Below are positions 23,977-35,688 of a DNA stretch of 64,000 bases, piece after piece. A model generated the notes under the pieces. That model saw only the letters and a program-made list of their open reading frames with translations. It did not search any database and was not told where the DNA came from. Source of the DNA: Gammaproteobacteria bacterium (lineage in GTDB: Bacteria > Pseudomonadota > Gammaproteobacteria > Steroidobacterales > Steroidobacteraceae); the NCBI GenBank assembly GCA_016882265.1, contig VGVB01000008.1, positions 5,862 to 69,861 of the forward strand, given 5' to 3'. Made by a program: the position numbers and the translations under genes. How positions within the stretch are numbered: the stretch's first letter is position 1; each line of letters opens with the position of its first letter.

Positions 23977-26900
23977 CATCGTGGGTCAACCGGTCCGGCG
24001 GGCGATCGGCGCTGGTGCGGCGACGGTGACCGCGGCGGACCGGCGCGGGCCGCTGCGCTTCGTCAGCGCGGCCTCGCTGTTCGACGGCCACGATGCCGCG
24101 ATCAACGTCATCCGTCGCGTGCTGCAGGCGCACGGCGCCGAGGTCGTGCACCTCGGCCACAACCGCAGCGTGGCCGAACTGGTCGACGCCGCGATCCAGG
24201 AAGATGCCGACGCGATCGCGATCAGCAGCTACCAGGGCGGGCACAACGAGTACTTCCGCTACCTGGTCACGCAGCTTCGCGAGCGCGGCGCCGGGCACGT
24301 GCAGGTAGTCGCTGGCGGCGGCGGCACGATCGCGCCGGACGAGATCGCCGCGCTCGAAGCGGCCGGCGTGGCGAAGATCTACACGCCGGACGACGGCCTG
24401 AAGCTCGGCCTCGACGGCATGATCGAGGACGTGCTGCAGCGCGTCGGCGCGGTGCTGCGGCCGGCGTTCGCCGGCGACCGGGTCACGGTGGACGATCCGG
24501 TGGGGCTGGCCCGCGCGATCACGGCGCTCGAACTGGACCGCGACGGCCCGGCGGGAGCCCGCGTCCGCGCGCTCGCCGCCAGCGCTGCGACGCGGCCACC
24601 GGTGCTCGGCATCACCGGCACCGGCGGGGCGGGCAAGTCGACGCTGACCGACGAGCTGCTGGCGCGGCTGCTGCGCTGCTTCCCGGAGAGTCGTTTCGCG
24701 GTACTGGCCATGGATCCGACCCGGCGTCGCACCGGCGGTGCGCTGCTCGGCGACCGCATCCGCATGAATACGCTGGCCGGCGGTCGCGTGTTCATGCGCT
24801 CGCTGGCCACGCGGCGCCAGCATCTCGCGACCAGCGCGGTACTCGCCGACGCCGTGCGCCTGACCCAGGCGGCCGGTTTCGATCTGGTGATCGTTGAGAC
24901 CGCCGGCATCGGCCAGAGCGACAGCGAGATCATCGATCGGGTCGACCTGTCGCTGTACGTGATGACCCCGGAGTACGGCGCCGCTACCCAGCTCGAGAAG
25001 ATCGACATGCTGGACTTCGCCGATTTCATCGCGCTGAACAAGTTCGAGCGGCGCGGCGCCGAGGATGCGTTGCGCGACGTGCGCCGGCAGGTGGCGCGCA
25101 ATCGCGGGCGCACCGGTGAGCCAGCCGAGCGGCTGCCGGTCTATCCGACGATCGCGAGCCAGTTCAATGACGCCGGCGTCAACGCCCTGTGTGCGGCATT
25201 GTGTGCGCGGCTCGACGCCGGCTGGGGCAGGCTGCGGTCGTGGCAGCCGGTGGATCTGGCGCCGCTCGGCCCGCCGCGTCGCGAGCCGATCGTGCCGGCG
25301 GAGCGCGGTAACTACCTGGCCGAGATTGCCGCCGGCGGGCGGGCCGCGCGCGAGCGCGCCGGGCAGGCCGCTGCCGCGGCCGCTCGCGCGCATGGTCTGT
25401 ACCGCGCGCTGGCGACACTCGCGGACCCGGCGCTGCCCGCGCCTCTGGAATCTCATGCCGCGGCTGCGGCCGTAGTAGCCGACGGCACGCTCACCCGGCT
25501 GCGCCAGGAGTACGACGCGGCGCTGGCCGCGATCGGCGCCGAGGGCCTCGCGCTGCTGCGTGCCTGGCCGGAGCGCGCGCGCGCGGCGACGGCCGAGCGC
25601 TACCAGTACGAAGTCCGCGGCCAGCCGATGCAGGGTGACAACTACACGGCCACGCTGGCCGGACTGCGCCTGCCGAAGATCGCGGTACCGCGGCTGCAGG
25701 ACTGGGGCGAGCAGCTCGCCTTCCTGCTGGCCGAGAATCTGCCGGGCTCATTTCCGTACACCGCCGGTATCTATCCGTACCGGCGTGAGGACGAGGATCC
25801 GACGCGCATGTTCGCCGGCGAGGGCATGCCGGAGCGGACCAACCGGCGCTTCCATTACCTCGCGCGCGGGCATCGCTCGGTGCGCCTGTCGACCGCGTTC
25901 GACTCGGTGACGTTGTACGGCGAGGATCCGGACGAGCGCCCCGACATCTACGGGCGGATCGGCAACTCCGGCGTGTCGATCGCGACGCTCGACGACCTGA
26001 AGCGCCTGTACTCCGGCTTCGACCTGTGCGCGCCGTCGACCTCGGTGTCGATGACGATCAACGGGCCGGCGCCGATGATCCTGGCGATGTTCCTGAACAC
26101 CGCGATCGATCAGCAGGTCGAGCGCTGGCTGCGGGAGCAGGGGCGCTGGGCGGCCGCGGAGGCCGCGCTGCGGCAGCGTTGCGCCGGCCGCGAACGGCCG
26201 GTCTATCGCGGCGAGCTGCCCGCCGGACATGACGGCAGCGGCCTCGGCCTGCTCGGCGCCAGCGGCGCCGACATCGTCGACCGGGAGACCTATGAGCGCA
26301 TCCGTGCGGACGCGCTGGCCCGCGTCCGCGGCACCGTGCAGGCCGACATCCTGAAGGAAGACCAGGCGCAGAACACCTGCATCTTCTCCACCGAGTTCGC
26401 GCTGCGGCTGATGGGCGACGTGCAGCAGCACTTCATCGACCAGCGGGTGCGCAACTTCTACTCGGTGTCGATCTCCGGCTATCACATCGCCGAGGCCGGC
26501 GCGAACCCGATCACGCAGCTCGCGTTCACGCTGGCCAACGGCTTTACGATCGTCGAGTACTACCTCGCCCGCGGCATGGCGATCGACGACTTCGCGCCCA
26601 ACCTGTCGTTCTTCTTCTCGAATGGCATGGATGCGGAATACGCGGTGATCGGGCGCGTCGCCCGGCGCATCTGGGCGCGCGCGCTGCGCGAGCGCTACGG
26701 CGCCGGCCCGCGCAGCCAGATGCTCAAGTACCACATCCAGACCTCGGGCCGCTCGCTGCATGCCCGCGAGATCCAGTTCAACGACATCCGCACGACGCTG
26801 CAGGCGCTGTATGCGCTGTTCGACGGCTGCAACAGTCTGCACACCAATGCCTACGACGAGGCGCTGACGACGCCGACCGAGGCCAGCGTGCGCCGCGCGG

Positions 26901-27430
26901 TCGCGATCCAGCTCATCATCGCGCGCGAGCTGGGCCTGAACTTCAACCAGAACCCGTGGCAGGGCTCGTTCGTGGTCGGCGAGCTGACCGACCTCGTTGA
27001 GGAAGCGGTGTGGAGCGAGTTCGAGCGCCTGGCGGCGCGCGGCGGCGTGCTCGGCGCGATGGAGACGATGTACCAGCGCGGCCGGATCCAGGAAGAATCG
27101 CTGACTTGGGAACGGAAGAAGCACGATGGCAGCCTGCCGCTCATCGGCGTCAACACCTTCCTGCCGGAGCGCCCGGATGCGGACGAGAACCGCGTGGCCG
27201 AGCTGATCCGCTCGACCGGGGAGGAGCGGCAGGCGCAGGTGGCCGGCGTGCGCGCCTTCGATGCCGCCGACCCGGCGCGCCAGCAGGCGGCGCTGGCGCG
27301 GCTGCAGCAGGTCGCCGCCGCGGGCGGGAACCTGTTTGCCGAACTGCTGGACACCGTGCGCTACGCCTCGCTCGGGCGCATCACCCGGGCCCTGTACGAG
27401 GTCGGCGGCCAGTACCGCCGCGGGATGTAA
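23969..27430 (+). CDS. icmF: Fused isobutyryl-CoA mutase / MeaB-like GTPase
   Basis: N-terminal B12 domain (FDGHDAAIN), GTGGAGKS P-loop, DPTRMFAGEG, GTVQADILKEDQAQN, LHTNAYDEA, GGQYRR; start uncertain. Confidence 0.95.
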   Translation: MGNIVGQPVRRAIGAGAATVTAADRRGPLRFVSAASLFDGHDAAINVIRRVLQAHGAEVVHLGHNRSVAELVDAAIQEDADAIAISSYQGGHNEYFRYLVTQLRERGAGHVQVVAGGGGTIAPDEIAALEAAGVAKIYTPDDGLKLGLDGMIEDVLQRVGAVLRPAFAGDRVTVDDPVGLARAITALELDRDGPAGARVRALAASAATRPPVLGITGTGGAGKSTLTDELLARLLRCFPESRFAVLAMDPTRRRTGGALLGDRIRMNTLAGGRVFMRSLATRRQHLATSAVLADAVRLTQAAGFDLVIVETAGIGQSDSEIIDRVDLSLYVMTPEYGAATQLEKIDMLDFADFIALNKFERRGAEDALRDVRRQVARNRGRTGEPAERLPVYPTIASQFNDAGVNALCAALCARLDAGWGRLRSWQPVDLAPLGPPRREPIVPAERGNYLAEIAAGGRAARERAGQAAAAAARAHGLYRALATLADPALPAPLESHAAAAAVVADGTLTRLRQEYDAALAAIGAEGLALLRAWPERARAATAERYQYEVRGQPMQGDNYTATLAGLRLPKIAVPRLQDWGEQLAFLLAENLPGSFPYTAGIYPYRREDEDPTRMFAGEGMPERTNRRFHYLARGHRSVRLSTAFDSVTLYGEDPDERPDIYGRIGNSGVSIATLDDLKRLYSGFDLCAPSTSVSMTINGPAPMILAMFLNTAIDQQVERWLREQGRWAAAEAALRQRCAGRERPVYRGELPAGHDGSGLGLLGASGADIVDRETYERIRADALARVRGTVQADILKEDQAQNTCIFSTEFALRLMGDVQQHFIDQRVRNFYSVSISGYHIAEAGANPITQLAFTLANGFTIVEYYLARGMAIDDFAPNLSFFFSNGMDAEYAVIGRVARRIWARALRERYGAGPRSQMLKYHIQTSGRSLHAREIQFNDIRTTLQALYALFDGCNSLHTNAYDEALTTPTEASVRRAVAIQLIIARELGLNFNQNPWQGSFVVGELTDLVEEAVWSEFERLAARGGVLGAMETMYQRGRIQEESLTWERKKHDGSLPLIGVNTFLPERPDADENRVAELIRSTGEERQAQVAGVRAFDAADPARQQAALARLQQVAAAGGNLFAELLDTVRYASLGRITRALYEVGGQYRRGM

Positions 27431-27431
27431 G

Positions 27432-27518
27432 AAGGGCGCCAGAAAAGGGGACGCTTCCCTTTTCCGTGTTTCGGGGCCGAGCCTGGAAAAGGGAAGCGTC
27501 CCCTTTTCTGGCGCCCTT
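27432..27518. repeat. Perfect 34-bp inverted repeat, 19-nt loop (copy 2 of nested palindrome); probable bidirectional terminator
   Basis: AAGGGCGCCAGAAAAGGGGACGCTTCCCTTTTCC ... GGAAAAGGGAAGCGTCCCCTTTTCTGGCGCCCTT fills the gap between the convergent icmF and acyltransferase stop codons. Confidence 0.9.
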
Positions 27519-28232
27519 TTACAGCAGCCCTTCGCCGAGGGCGGCGCCCATGTTGCTGCGCGCGCGGTCGCGCAGCCGCGCGGCGGCGTCGTCGCCCGGC
27601 GGTGCCGGCAGCAGTTCGAGCACCTCGACTTCGAGCCGGCTGCGCCGCGGCAGCCACGTGCCCGAAGGCAGGATCCGGCGCGTGCCGCGGATCACGACCG
27701 GTACTACCGGGACCCCGGCGCGCACGGCCGTCGCGAAGGCGCCGGCGTGAAAGCGCGCGAGGCCGACGCGCGCGGTGAACGTGCCTTCGGGGAAGAACAC
27801 CATCGACTCGCCGGCGCCGGCCGCACGCAGGATACGGCGCGTGTCGTTGGCGCCCTCGTGGCGGTTGAAGCGCTCGACGAACTGGTGGCCCATCCGGATC
27901 AGCAGCGGGCCGGCGACCGGCAACCGGGACGCCTCCTTCTTGATCACGAAGGCGAACCGCGGCGGCAGAGCCGAGAACAGCAGCGGCCCGTCCAGGTAAC
28001 TCGAGTGATTGGCGACGACGATGCAGGGCCCGGCCGGCAGGTGTTCGAGGCCGCGGCAGTGCACGGGCAGGCCGGCCAGCAGGAAGAACCAGCGACCGGC
28101 GCGCCGGGCGGCGCGCCGTCGCCACGACAGTGACGGCAGCAGCAGCACGGCCAGCGCCGCCACGAGTACCATGACTCCGAGCAGCAGCCACAGCCATGCT
28201 GCCCAGAGCCGGCGCAGCGCTTTGGTCGTCAC
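27519..28232 (-). CDS. 1-acyl-sn-glycerol-3-phosphate acyltransferase family protein
   Basis: NHSSYLD and FFPEGT motifs; N-terminal membrane anchor. Confidence 0.9.
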   Translation of the reverse strand: MTTKALRRLWAAWLWLLLGVMVLVAALAVLLLPSLSWRRRAARRAGRWFFLLAGLPVHCRGLEHLPAGPCIVVANHSSYLDGPLLFSALPPRFAFVIKKEASRLPVAGPLLIRMGHQFVERFNRHEGANDTRRILRAAGAGESMVFFPEGTFTARVGLARFHAGAFATAVRAGVPVVPVVIRGTRRILPSGTWLPRRSRLEVEVLELLPAPPGDDAAARLRDRARSNMGAALGEGLL

Positions 28233-28258
28233 GGGCGACGGTCCGATGACCGGGGCAC

Positions 28259-28287
28259 AATCTGTGATACAGGTCTGGTTATGTCAA
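28259..28287 (-). promoter_or_regulatory. Sigma70-type promoter for the acyltransferase
   Basis: Minus strand TTGACA-N17-CAGATT. Confidence 0.55.
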
Positions 28288-28301
28288 TGGCCATGGGGGT
28301 C

Positions 28302-28317
28302 TGTGAGGCATTTCACA
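28302..28317. promoter_or_regulatory. CRP-family binding site
   Basis: Exact TGTGA-GGCATT-TCACA. Confidence 0.6.
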
Positions 28318-28438
28318 CCGGCCGTTGCCGGCGGCGCACGATACTGCCTCCGCATTCTGTCGAACAGACCCGCGGTTGGCCACCGGAGAGACGGTTTCCG
28401 GGCCGGAGCGAAGAGCACACCAGCGCATGAGCATCGCG

Positions 28439-29383
28439 ATGAAGTCGTCGACGTCACTGCGGTCGTCTCCGCCGGTGGACCTTGCCGACGACGGTGGACC
28501 GGAGCCCGAGGTTCAGCGCTTCCTCGACGCGGTGTGGATGGAGCGCGGCCTGTCGCCGAACACGCTCGCCGCCTATCGTGCCGACCTCGGCGCGTTGTCG
28601 CGCTGGCTGCACGGGCGTGGTGCGGGCCTCGCGCGCGCATCCCGCAATGAACTGCTGGCCTTCATCGCCTGGCGGGTCGAGAGCGGGGCGCAGCCGCGCT
28701 CGACGGCGCGCCAGTTGTCGAGTTTCCGCCGCTTCTTCCGCCATCTGGTCCGCGAGGGCCTGCTGCGCGAGGATCCGACCGCGCAGATCGCGATGCCGAA
28801 GATCGGTCGCGCCCTGCCCAGGTCCCTGACCGAGAGCCAGGTCGAGGCGCTGCTCAACGCGCCGCTGACCACCGATCCGCTCGGTTTCCGCGATCGGACC
28901 ATGCTCGAGGTGCTGTACGCGACGGGGCTGCGCGTTTCGGAACTGGTCGGCCTGCGCCACAACCAGGTCAACCTGAACCAGGGCGTGATCCGCATCGTCG
29001 GCAAGGGCAACCGCGAGCGGCTGATCCCGCTCGGCGAGGAAGCAGTGCGCTGGCTGTCGGAGTTCCTGCACGGGGCGCGCGGCGAAATCCTGCTCGACCG
29101 GCAGACCGACCACCTGTTCCCGACCCGCCGCGGCGACCGCATGACCCGCCAGGCGTTCTGGCACATCATCAAGCGCTACGCACGCAAGGCCGGCATCGAG
29201 CGCGAGCTGTCGCCGCACACGCTGCGTCACGCTTTCGCGACGCACCTGCTGAACCACGGCGCCGACCTGCGCGTCGTGCAGATGCTGCTCGGCCACAGCG
29301 ACCTGTCGACGACGCAGATCTACACGCACGTGGCCCGCGAGCGCATGAAGGAACTGCACGCGCAGCATCACCCGCGCGGCTGA
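28439..29383 (+). CDS. xerD: Tyrosine recombinase XerD
   Basis: MLEVLYATGLRVSELV, GKGNRER, MTRQAFW, HTLRHAFATHLLNHGADLR, TTQIYTHVA; upstream of dsbC. Confidence 0.96.
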   Translation: MKSSTSLRSSPPVDLADDGGPEPEVQRFLDAVWMERGLSPNTLAAYRADLGALSRWLHGRGAGLARASRNELLAFIAWRVESGAQPRSTARQLSSFRRFFRHLVREGLLREDPTAQIAMPKIGRALPRSLTESQVEALLNAPLTTDPLGFRDRTMLEVLYATGLRVSELVGLRHNQVNLNQGVIRIVGKGNRERLIPLGEEAVRWLSEFLHGARGEILLDRQTDHLFPTRRGDRMTRQAFWHIIKRYARKAGIERELSPHTLRHAFATHLLNHGADLRVVQMLLGHSDLSTTQIYTHVARERMKELHAQHHPRG

Positions 29384-29441
29384 ACGTCTCTGCTAGACTG
29401 CCCCGGTTCGAACGACCGGCGACCGGACCGGTCGAAGCCTC

Positions 29442-30191
29442 ATGATGACGACCACCGCCATGCTCCACGGCCGTTCGCTGCTGCTGCTGCTGACCGCAGT
29501 CCTGGCGCCGGCGCTGGCCGAGTCGCCCCGACCGGCCGACCCACGGACCGCGATCGCCGAACGCCTGGACGTGCGCATCGAGGACATTCGTCCGTCACCG
29601 ATACCGGGTCTGTACGAAGTCCGGCGCGGTGCGGAGATCGGTTACGTGTCGGCCGACGGCCGGCACTACATCGACGGCGACCTGTTCGACATCGGGACCC
29701 GCGACAACCTGACCGAACTGGCCCGCGAGCAGGGGCGCGTCGAGCTGTTGGCCGGCGTTCGCGACGACGACGCGATCGTATTCGCGCCGGACGGCCCGGC
29801 GCGCCATACGATCACGGTATTCACCGACATCGATTGCCAGTACTGCCAGAAGCTGCATCAGGACATGGCGGAGCTGAACCGGCTTGGTATCCGCGTGCGC
29901 TACCTGATGTTCCCGCGCGGCGGGCCCGACACCGCGTCCTGGCGCAAGGCCGAGGCGGTCTGGTGCAGCGCCGACCGGCGCGATGCGCTGACCCGGGCCA
30001 AGCGCGGGGAGGCCATCAAGGCCAGAACGTGCACGACGCCGGTCGCCGATCAGTACGAGCTCGGGCGCCGCGCCGGCATCCACGGAACCCCGGGCATCAT
30101 CAGCGACCGCGGCGAGTACATCGCCGGGTACCTGCCGCCGGCCCGCCTCGCGAAGCTGCTGGCCGGCGCGAGCGTCAAAGCCGACGACTGA
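29442..30191 (+). CDS. dsbC: Disulfide isomerase DsbC
   Basis: Signal peptide, SPIPGLYEV, FTDIDCQYCQKLH, GTP; xerD-dsbC synteny. Confidence 0.93.
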   Translation: MMTTTAMLHGRSLLLLLTAVLAPALAESPRPADPRTAIAERLDVRIEDIRPSPIPGLYEVRRGAEIGYVSADGRHYIDGDLFDIGTRDNLTELAREQGRVELLAGVRDDDAIVFAPDGPARHTITVFTDIDCQYCQKLHQDMAELNRLGIRVRYLMFPRGGPDTASWRKAEAVWCSADRRDALTRAKRGEAIKARTCTTPVADQYELGRRAGIHGTPGIISDRGEYIAGYLPPARLAKLLAGASVKADD

Positions 30192-30200
30192 ACCCGCGGC

Positions 30201-30524
30201 TCAGCGCTCCAGCAGATGCCGCTTCGGGCGGATGTCCTGCCACTGGTCGGCGTCCGGCGGCGGTTCGCCGCGACGGGTGATCGTCGGCCACTTCCGCGCC
30301 AGTTCCGCGTTCAGGGCGAGGAACTCGCGCTGCTCCCCGGGCACATCCTCCTCGGAGCAGATCGCGTCGACCGGGCATTCGGGCTCACACAAGGTGCAGT
30401 CGATGCACTCCTCGGGGTCGATGACCAGGAAGTTCGGACCTTCATGGAAACAGTCGACCGGGCAGACCTCGACACAGTCCATGTACTTGCAGCGGATACA
30501 GCTCTCCGTGACGACGAATGCCAT
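30201..30524 (-). CDS. fdxA: 7Fe ferredoxin
   Basis: [26 protein letters not shown]...[12 protein letters not shown]...HLLER. Confidence 0.93.
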   Translation of the reverse strand: MAFVVTESCIRCKYMDCVEVCPVDCFHEGPNFLVIDPEECIDCTLCEPECPVDAICSEEDVPGEQREFLALNAELARKWPTITRRGEPPPDADQWQDIRPKRHLLER

Positions 30525-30592
30525 CCCTGGGACTCCTGCGGAGGAAACGACGGGGGACGCGCATTCTGCCACAGGCCGGCGGGCCGGGCCGC

Positions 30593-31135
30593 TCAGCCGG
30601 GCCGGCGCCGGTCGATCGTCGTGAAGTGCAGGCCGCGGCTCCCGGCCGCGCGGTCCTCGAGATAGCGACGCAGCGCGAACGCGACGCTCGGGAACGCGAT
30701 TTCATCCCAGGGGATCGCCGCTTCATCGTACAGGTCGACTTCGAGGCTCTCCTCGCCGATGCCGAAGCGCGGTTCGGTGAGGCCGGCCCGGAACATCACG
30801 TGAACCTGGTGCGCGTGCAGCACATGGACCACCGCGCACAGCTCGCCGATCTCGACCTCGGCCAGGGCTTCCTCGCGGCACTCGCGGGCCGCGGCCTGCT
30901 GCAGCGTTTCGTCGTTCTCCATGAACCCGGCGGGAATGGTCCAGAAGCCGTGGCGCGGCTCGATCGCCCGCCGGCACAGCAGGATTCGGCCGGCGTGCTC
31001 GACCACGCAGCCCGCCACGATCTTCGGGTTCTGGTAGTGGATCGTGCCGCAGGCGGCGCAGACGTGACGCGGGCGGTGGTCGCCGGAGGGAACCAGCAGC
31101 GCCACGGCCGACCCGCATTGCGAGCAGTACTTCAT
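30593..31135 (-). CDS. NUDIX hydrolase with N-terminal zinc ribbon
   Basis: MKYCSQCG...[35 protein letters not shown]udix box. Confidence 0.92.
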   Translation of the reverse strand: MKYCSQCGSAVALLVPSGDHRPRHVCAACGTIHYQNPKIVAGCVVEHAGRILLCRRAIEPRHGFWTIPAGFMENDETLQQAAARECREEALAEVEIGELCAVVHVLHAHQVHVMFRAGLTEPRFGIGEESLEVDLYDEAAIPWDEIAFPSVAFALRRYLEDRAAGSRGLHFTTIDRRRPG

Positions 31136-31236
31136 GGAGCGATTGTCGGGGCGCCGGGCCGCGCTGCCAAGCGCGGCCGGGGGCGGCACGGCCACGGCGG
31201 CGGGCCGGGCGGGGCTATATACTCGCGACCCGCAGC

Positions 31237-31323
31237 GCCGGGATGGCGGAATCGGTAGACGCAGTGGACTCAAAATCCACCGGTGGCGACACCGTGCGAG
31301 TTCGAGTCTCGCTCCCGGCACCA
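31237..31323 (+). tRNA. tRNA-Leu (anticodon CAA)
   Basis: Acceptor stem GCCGGGA/TCCCGGC-A-CCA; anticodon arm GTGGA-CTCAAAA-TCCAC; long variable arm; T arm GCGAG-TTCGAGT-CTCGC. Confidence 0.97.
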
Positions 31324-31356
31324 GCAGGTCGCTCCCGCCCCGGGGCCAGGACCTGC

Positions 31357-31383
31357 GACCTTTTTCCGGACCGGCGCATCTAA
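31357..31383 (+). promoter_or_regulatory. Putative ECF sigma promoter
   Basis: GACCTT-N16-TCTAA ending 7 nt before the sigma ATG; resembles the RpoE/AlgU-type GAACTT-N16-TCTAA. Confidence 0.55.
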
Positions 31384-31390
31384 GGTGCCG

Positions 31391-31975
31391 ATGGCCCGCC
31401 TCAGCGAACTCGAATTCCCGGCCGAACTGGTTGCGTCCGCCCGTGCAGGCGACCCGGCCGCACTGGCTGCGATCTACGACCAGGCCGCCGGTCCGATACT
31501 CACGCTGCTGGTCCGGCTGGTACGGCGCCGGGCCGTAGCCGAGGAATTGCTGCAGGAAACCTTCGTCGACGTGCTCGAGCACATCAGCGACTTCGCCGGC
31601 CGCTGTCCGCTCGCCGCGTGGATCCGCACGCTGGCGGTCAACCGGGCCCTGATGTACCTGCGTTCGCCTTGGCACCGCGCCGTCGATCGGCTCACGCCGG
31701 ATCAGCACGCCGATGCCGGCCTCACGCTGGCCGGCAGCCGGTCGGGCGGCAACGACCAGGATCTGGAGCGGGCCCTGATGCGACTGCAGCCGCTGACCCG
31801 GGCGGTCATCTGGCTGCACGACGTCGAAGGCTATACCCATGCCGAGATCGGCGCGCTGCTCGGGCGGACGCCGAGCTTTTCCAAGTCCCAGCTCGCGCGC
31901 GCCCACCTGCGGCTGCGCGGCCTGCTGGAACGGGACACCGCTGTTCCCGAGGGGGCCGCATGCCGCCCCGTCTGA
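31391..31975 (+). CDS. ECF RNA polymerase sigma factor
   Basis: AEELLQETF...AAWIRTLAVN (region 2); LHDVEGYTHAEIGALLG...SKSQLARA (region 4). Confidence 0.92.
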   Translation: MARLSELEFPAELVASARAGDPAALAAIYDQAAGPILTLLVRLVRRRAVAEELLQETFVDVLEHISDFAGRCPLAAWIRTLAVNRALMYLRSPWHRAVDRLTPDQHADAGLTLAGSRSGGNDQDLERALMRLQPLTRAVIWLHDVEGYTHAEIGALLGRTPSFSKSQLARAHLRLRGLLERDTAVPEGAACRPV

Positions 31976-32463
31976 ACTGTCTGGCCGCCCGGCTCGCGAC
32001 GCTGCCGGAGTTCCGGCCGCCGGCCGGGGGCTGGCCGGCGGTGCTCGAGGCGCGCCGGCTCCGGCAGAGCCATGGCCCGCGGCAATGGCCGGCGCTGGCC
32101 GGCGTATTGGCGCTGGGTCTGGCGGGTGGACTGACGTGGCTGTCGACGCAGAGCGGTCCGGAGTCCCTGGCCGACCACCGCCCGGCGGCTTCCCTGGTGA
32201 GCGGCAGCGATGCGATTCGCCTCGAGAATGCCCGCCTCGAGTATCTGCTGGCGGCGATGCCGGAGCCCGGCTCGATGCGGGGCAGCACGGCCTTTACCGT
32301 CGTGGTCCTCGAGGACCGGCTGGCTGCGATCGATGACCGCCTGAGCGTGACCGTACTCGAGCCGCACGCTCCGGAAGCCGCCGACCAGCTCTGGCGGGAG
32401 CGGCGGGAACTGCTGGATTCACTGGTCCAGGTCCGCTACGCCGGCCTGGCCCGCAGCCGTTGA
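31960..32463 (+). CDS. Putative single-pass membrane anti-sigma factor
   Basis: Overlaps the sigma stop; MPPRLN start, one hydrophobic segment (ALAGVLALGLAGGLTWL), helical C-terminus. Confidence 0.62.
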   Translation: MPPRLNCLAARLATLPEFRPPAGGWPAVLEARRLRQSHGPRQWPALAGVLALGLAGGLTWLSTQSGPESLADHRPAASLVSGSDAIRLENARLEYLLAAMPEPGSMRGSTAFTVVVLEDRLAAIDDRLSVTVLEPHAPEAADQLWRERRELLDSLVQVRYAGLARSR

Positions 32464-32483
32464 GCTGACGACTGGAGGTACCG

Positions 32484-33434
32484 ATGAACATTCGACTGTT
32501 GTTCCTGACTCCGCTGGCCGCGGTTGCCGCCCTGGCCGCACCGGTGCCGCCGGCGCTGGCGCAATCCGATCCGCAGCCGGCGGTCACTGCCGAGCAGCGC
32601 CTGGAGGAGGCCAGCCGCCGCCTCGAGGAAGCCGCGCGCGAGGTGGCGCGCCTGTCGGCGGAGGTCCACGGCGCCCAGGACGTGGAGCGGTTTGAATTCC
32701 GGCTGGGCGGCCCGCCGCGTGCAATGCTCGGAGTCGTCCTCGGCGACAGCGACGCCGATCTGAAGGGCGTGCGGGTCACCAGCGTCAGCCCGGGCGGCCC
32801 GGCCGCCGAGGCCGGCGTACGCGCCGGTGACGTCATCGTTGCGATGGACGGCAACAAGGTCCGGACCGGTCGCGAAGTCGTGCGCGCGATGCGTGAGGTC
32901 GAGCCGGGCCGGAAAGTAGCGCTCGAGCTGCGGCGCGATAGTCGGCCGCTCCGCATCGAGGTCGAGGCCCGGGCGCGGGAAGGCGTCGGGCCGGGGCCGA
33001 TGGGCGGCATGTTCGTACCGGATTGGACGCCGATGCCCCCCGATCATTTCGAGCACTGGCTGCTGGGCGGCTGGGGTGATGCGGAGCTGGCCACGCTGAC
33101 GCCGGCCCTGGCCCGCTACTTCGGCACCGACAAGGGCGTGCTGGTCGTGCGCGCGCCTTCCGGCGTGAAGGAACTGCAGGACGGCGACGTGATCCAGTCG
33201 ATCGGCGGGCGCGAACCGGCGGATGCACCGCATGCGATGCGGATCCTGCATTCGTACCAGTCGGGCGAGAACGTCGAGATGCGGGTTCTGCGCGAACGGC
33301 GCTCGCTGACCGTCCGTTTCGCCGTGCCGGAGCAGCACCGGCCCGGGCCGATGCGACGCCACCGGATCATCGAAGCGGTACCCGCGCCATTGGCGCCGCC
33401 TCCGCCGCCGGCACCGGAGGCGGACCGGACCTGA
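32484..33434 (+). CDS. Exported protein with two PDZ domains and no protease domain
   Basis: GGAGG SD, signal peptide, coiled coil, GVRVTSVSPGGPAAEAGVRAGDVIVAMDG and LQDGDVIQSIGG. Confidence 0.85.
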   Translation: MNIRLLFLTPLAAVAALAAPVPPALAQSDPQPAVTAEQRLEEASRRLEEAAREVARLSAEVHGAQDVERFEFRLGGPPRAMLGVVLGDSDADLKGVRVTSVSPGGPAAEAGVRAGDVIVAMDGNKVRTGREVVRAMREVEPGRKVALELRRDSRPLRIEVEARAREGVGPGPMGGMFVPDWTPMPPDHFEHWLLGGWGDAELATLTPALARYFGTDKGVLVVRAPSGVKELQDGDVIQSIGGREPADAPHAMRILHSYQSGENVEMRVLRERRSLTVRFAVPEQHRPGPMRRHRIIEAVPAPLAPPPPPAPEADRT

Positions 33435-33462
33435 AGCCTGCCTGTGCTAGTCTGCGCGGCCC

Positions 33463-35633
<2,171 letters not shown>

Positions 35634-35688
35634 TCCCGCGCCTTTCCGGGGATCGGCGCTGGCCGGTTCCGCTGCACAGAGGATATAC

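Noticed and set aside
28439..29383. Tyrosine recombinase as a prophage or island integrase
   Set aside because: Sequence and xerD-dsbC synteny identify housekeeping XerD; no phage genes nearby.
31237..33434. tRNA-Leu as the attachment site of an integrated element
   Set aside because: No integrase and no convincing duplicated tRNA 3' end; the 9-nt CCCGGCACC match near 49392 is expected by chance.
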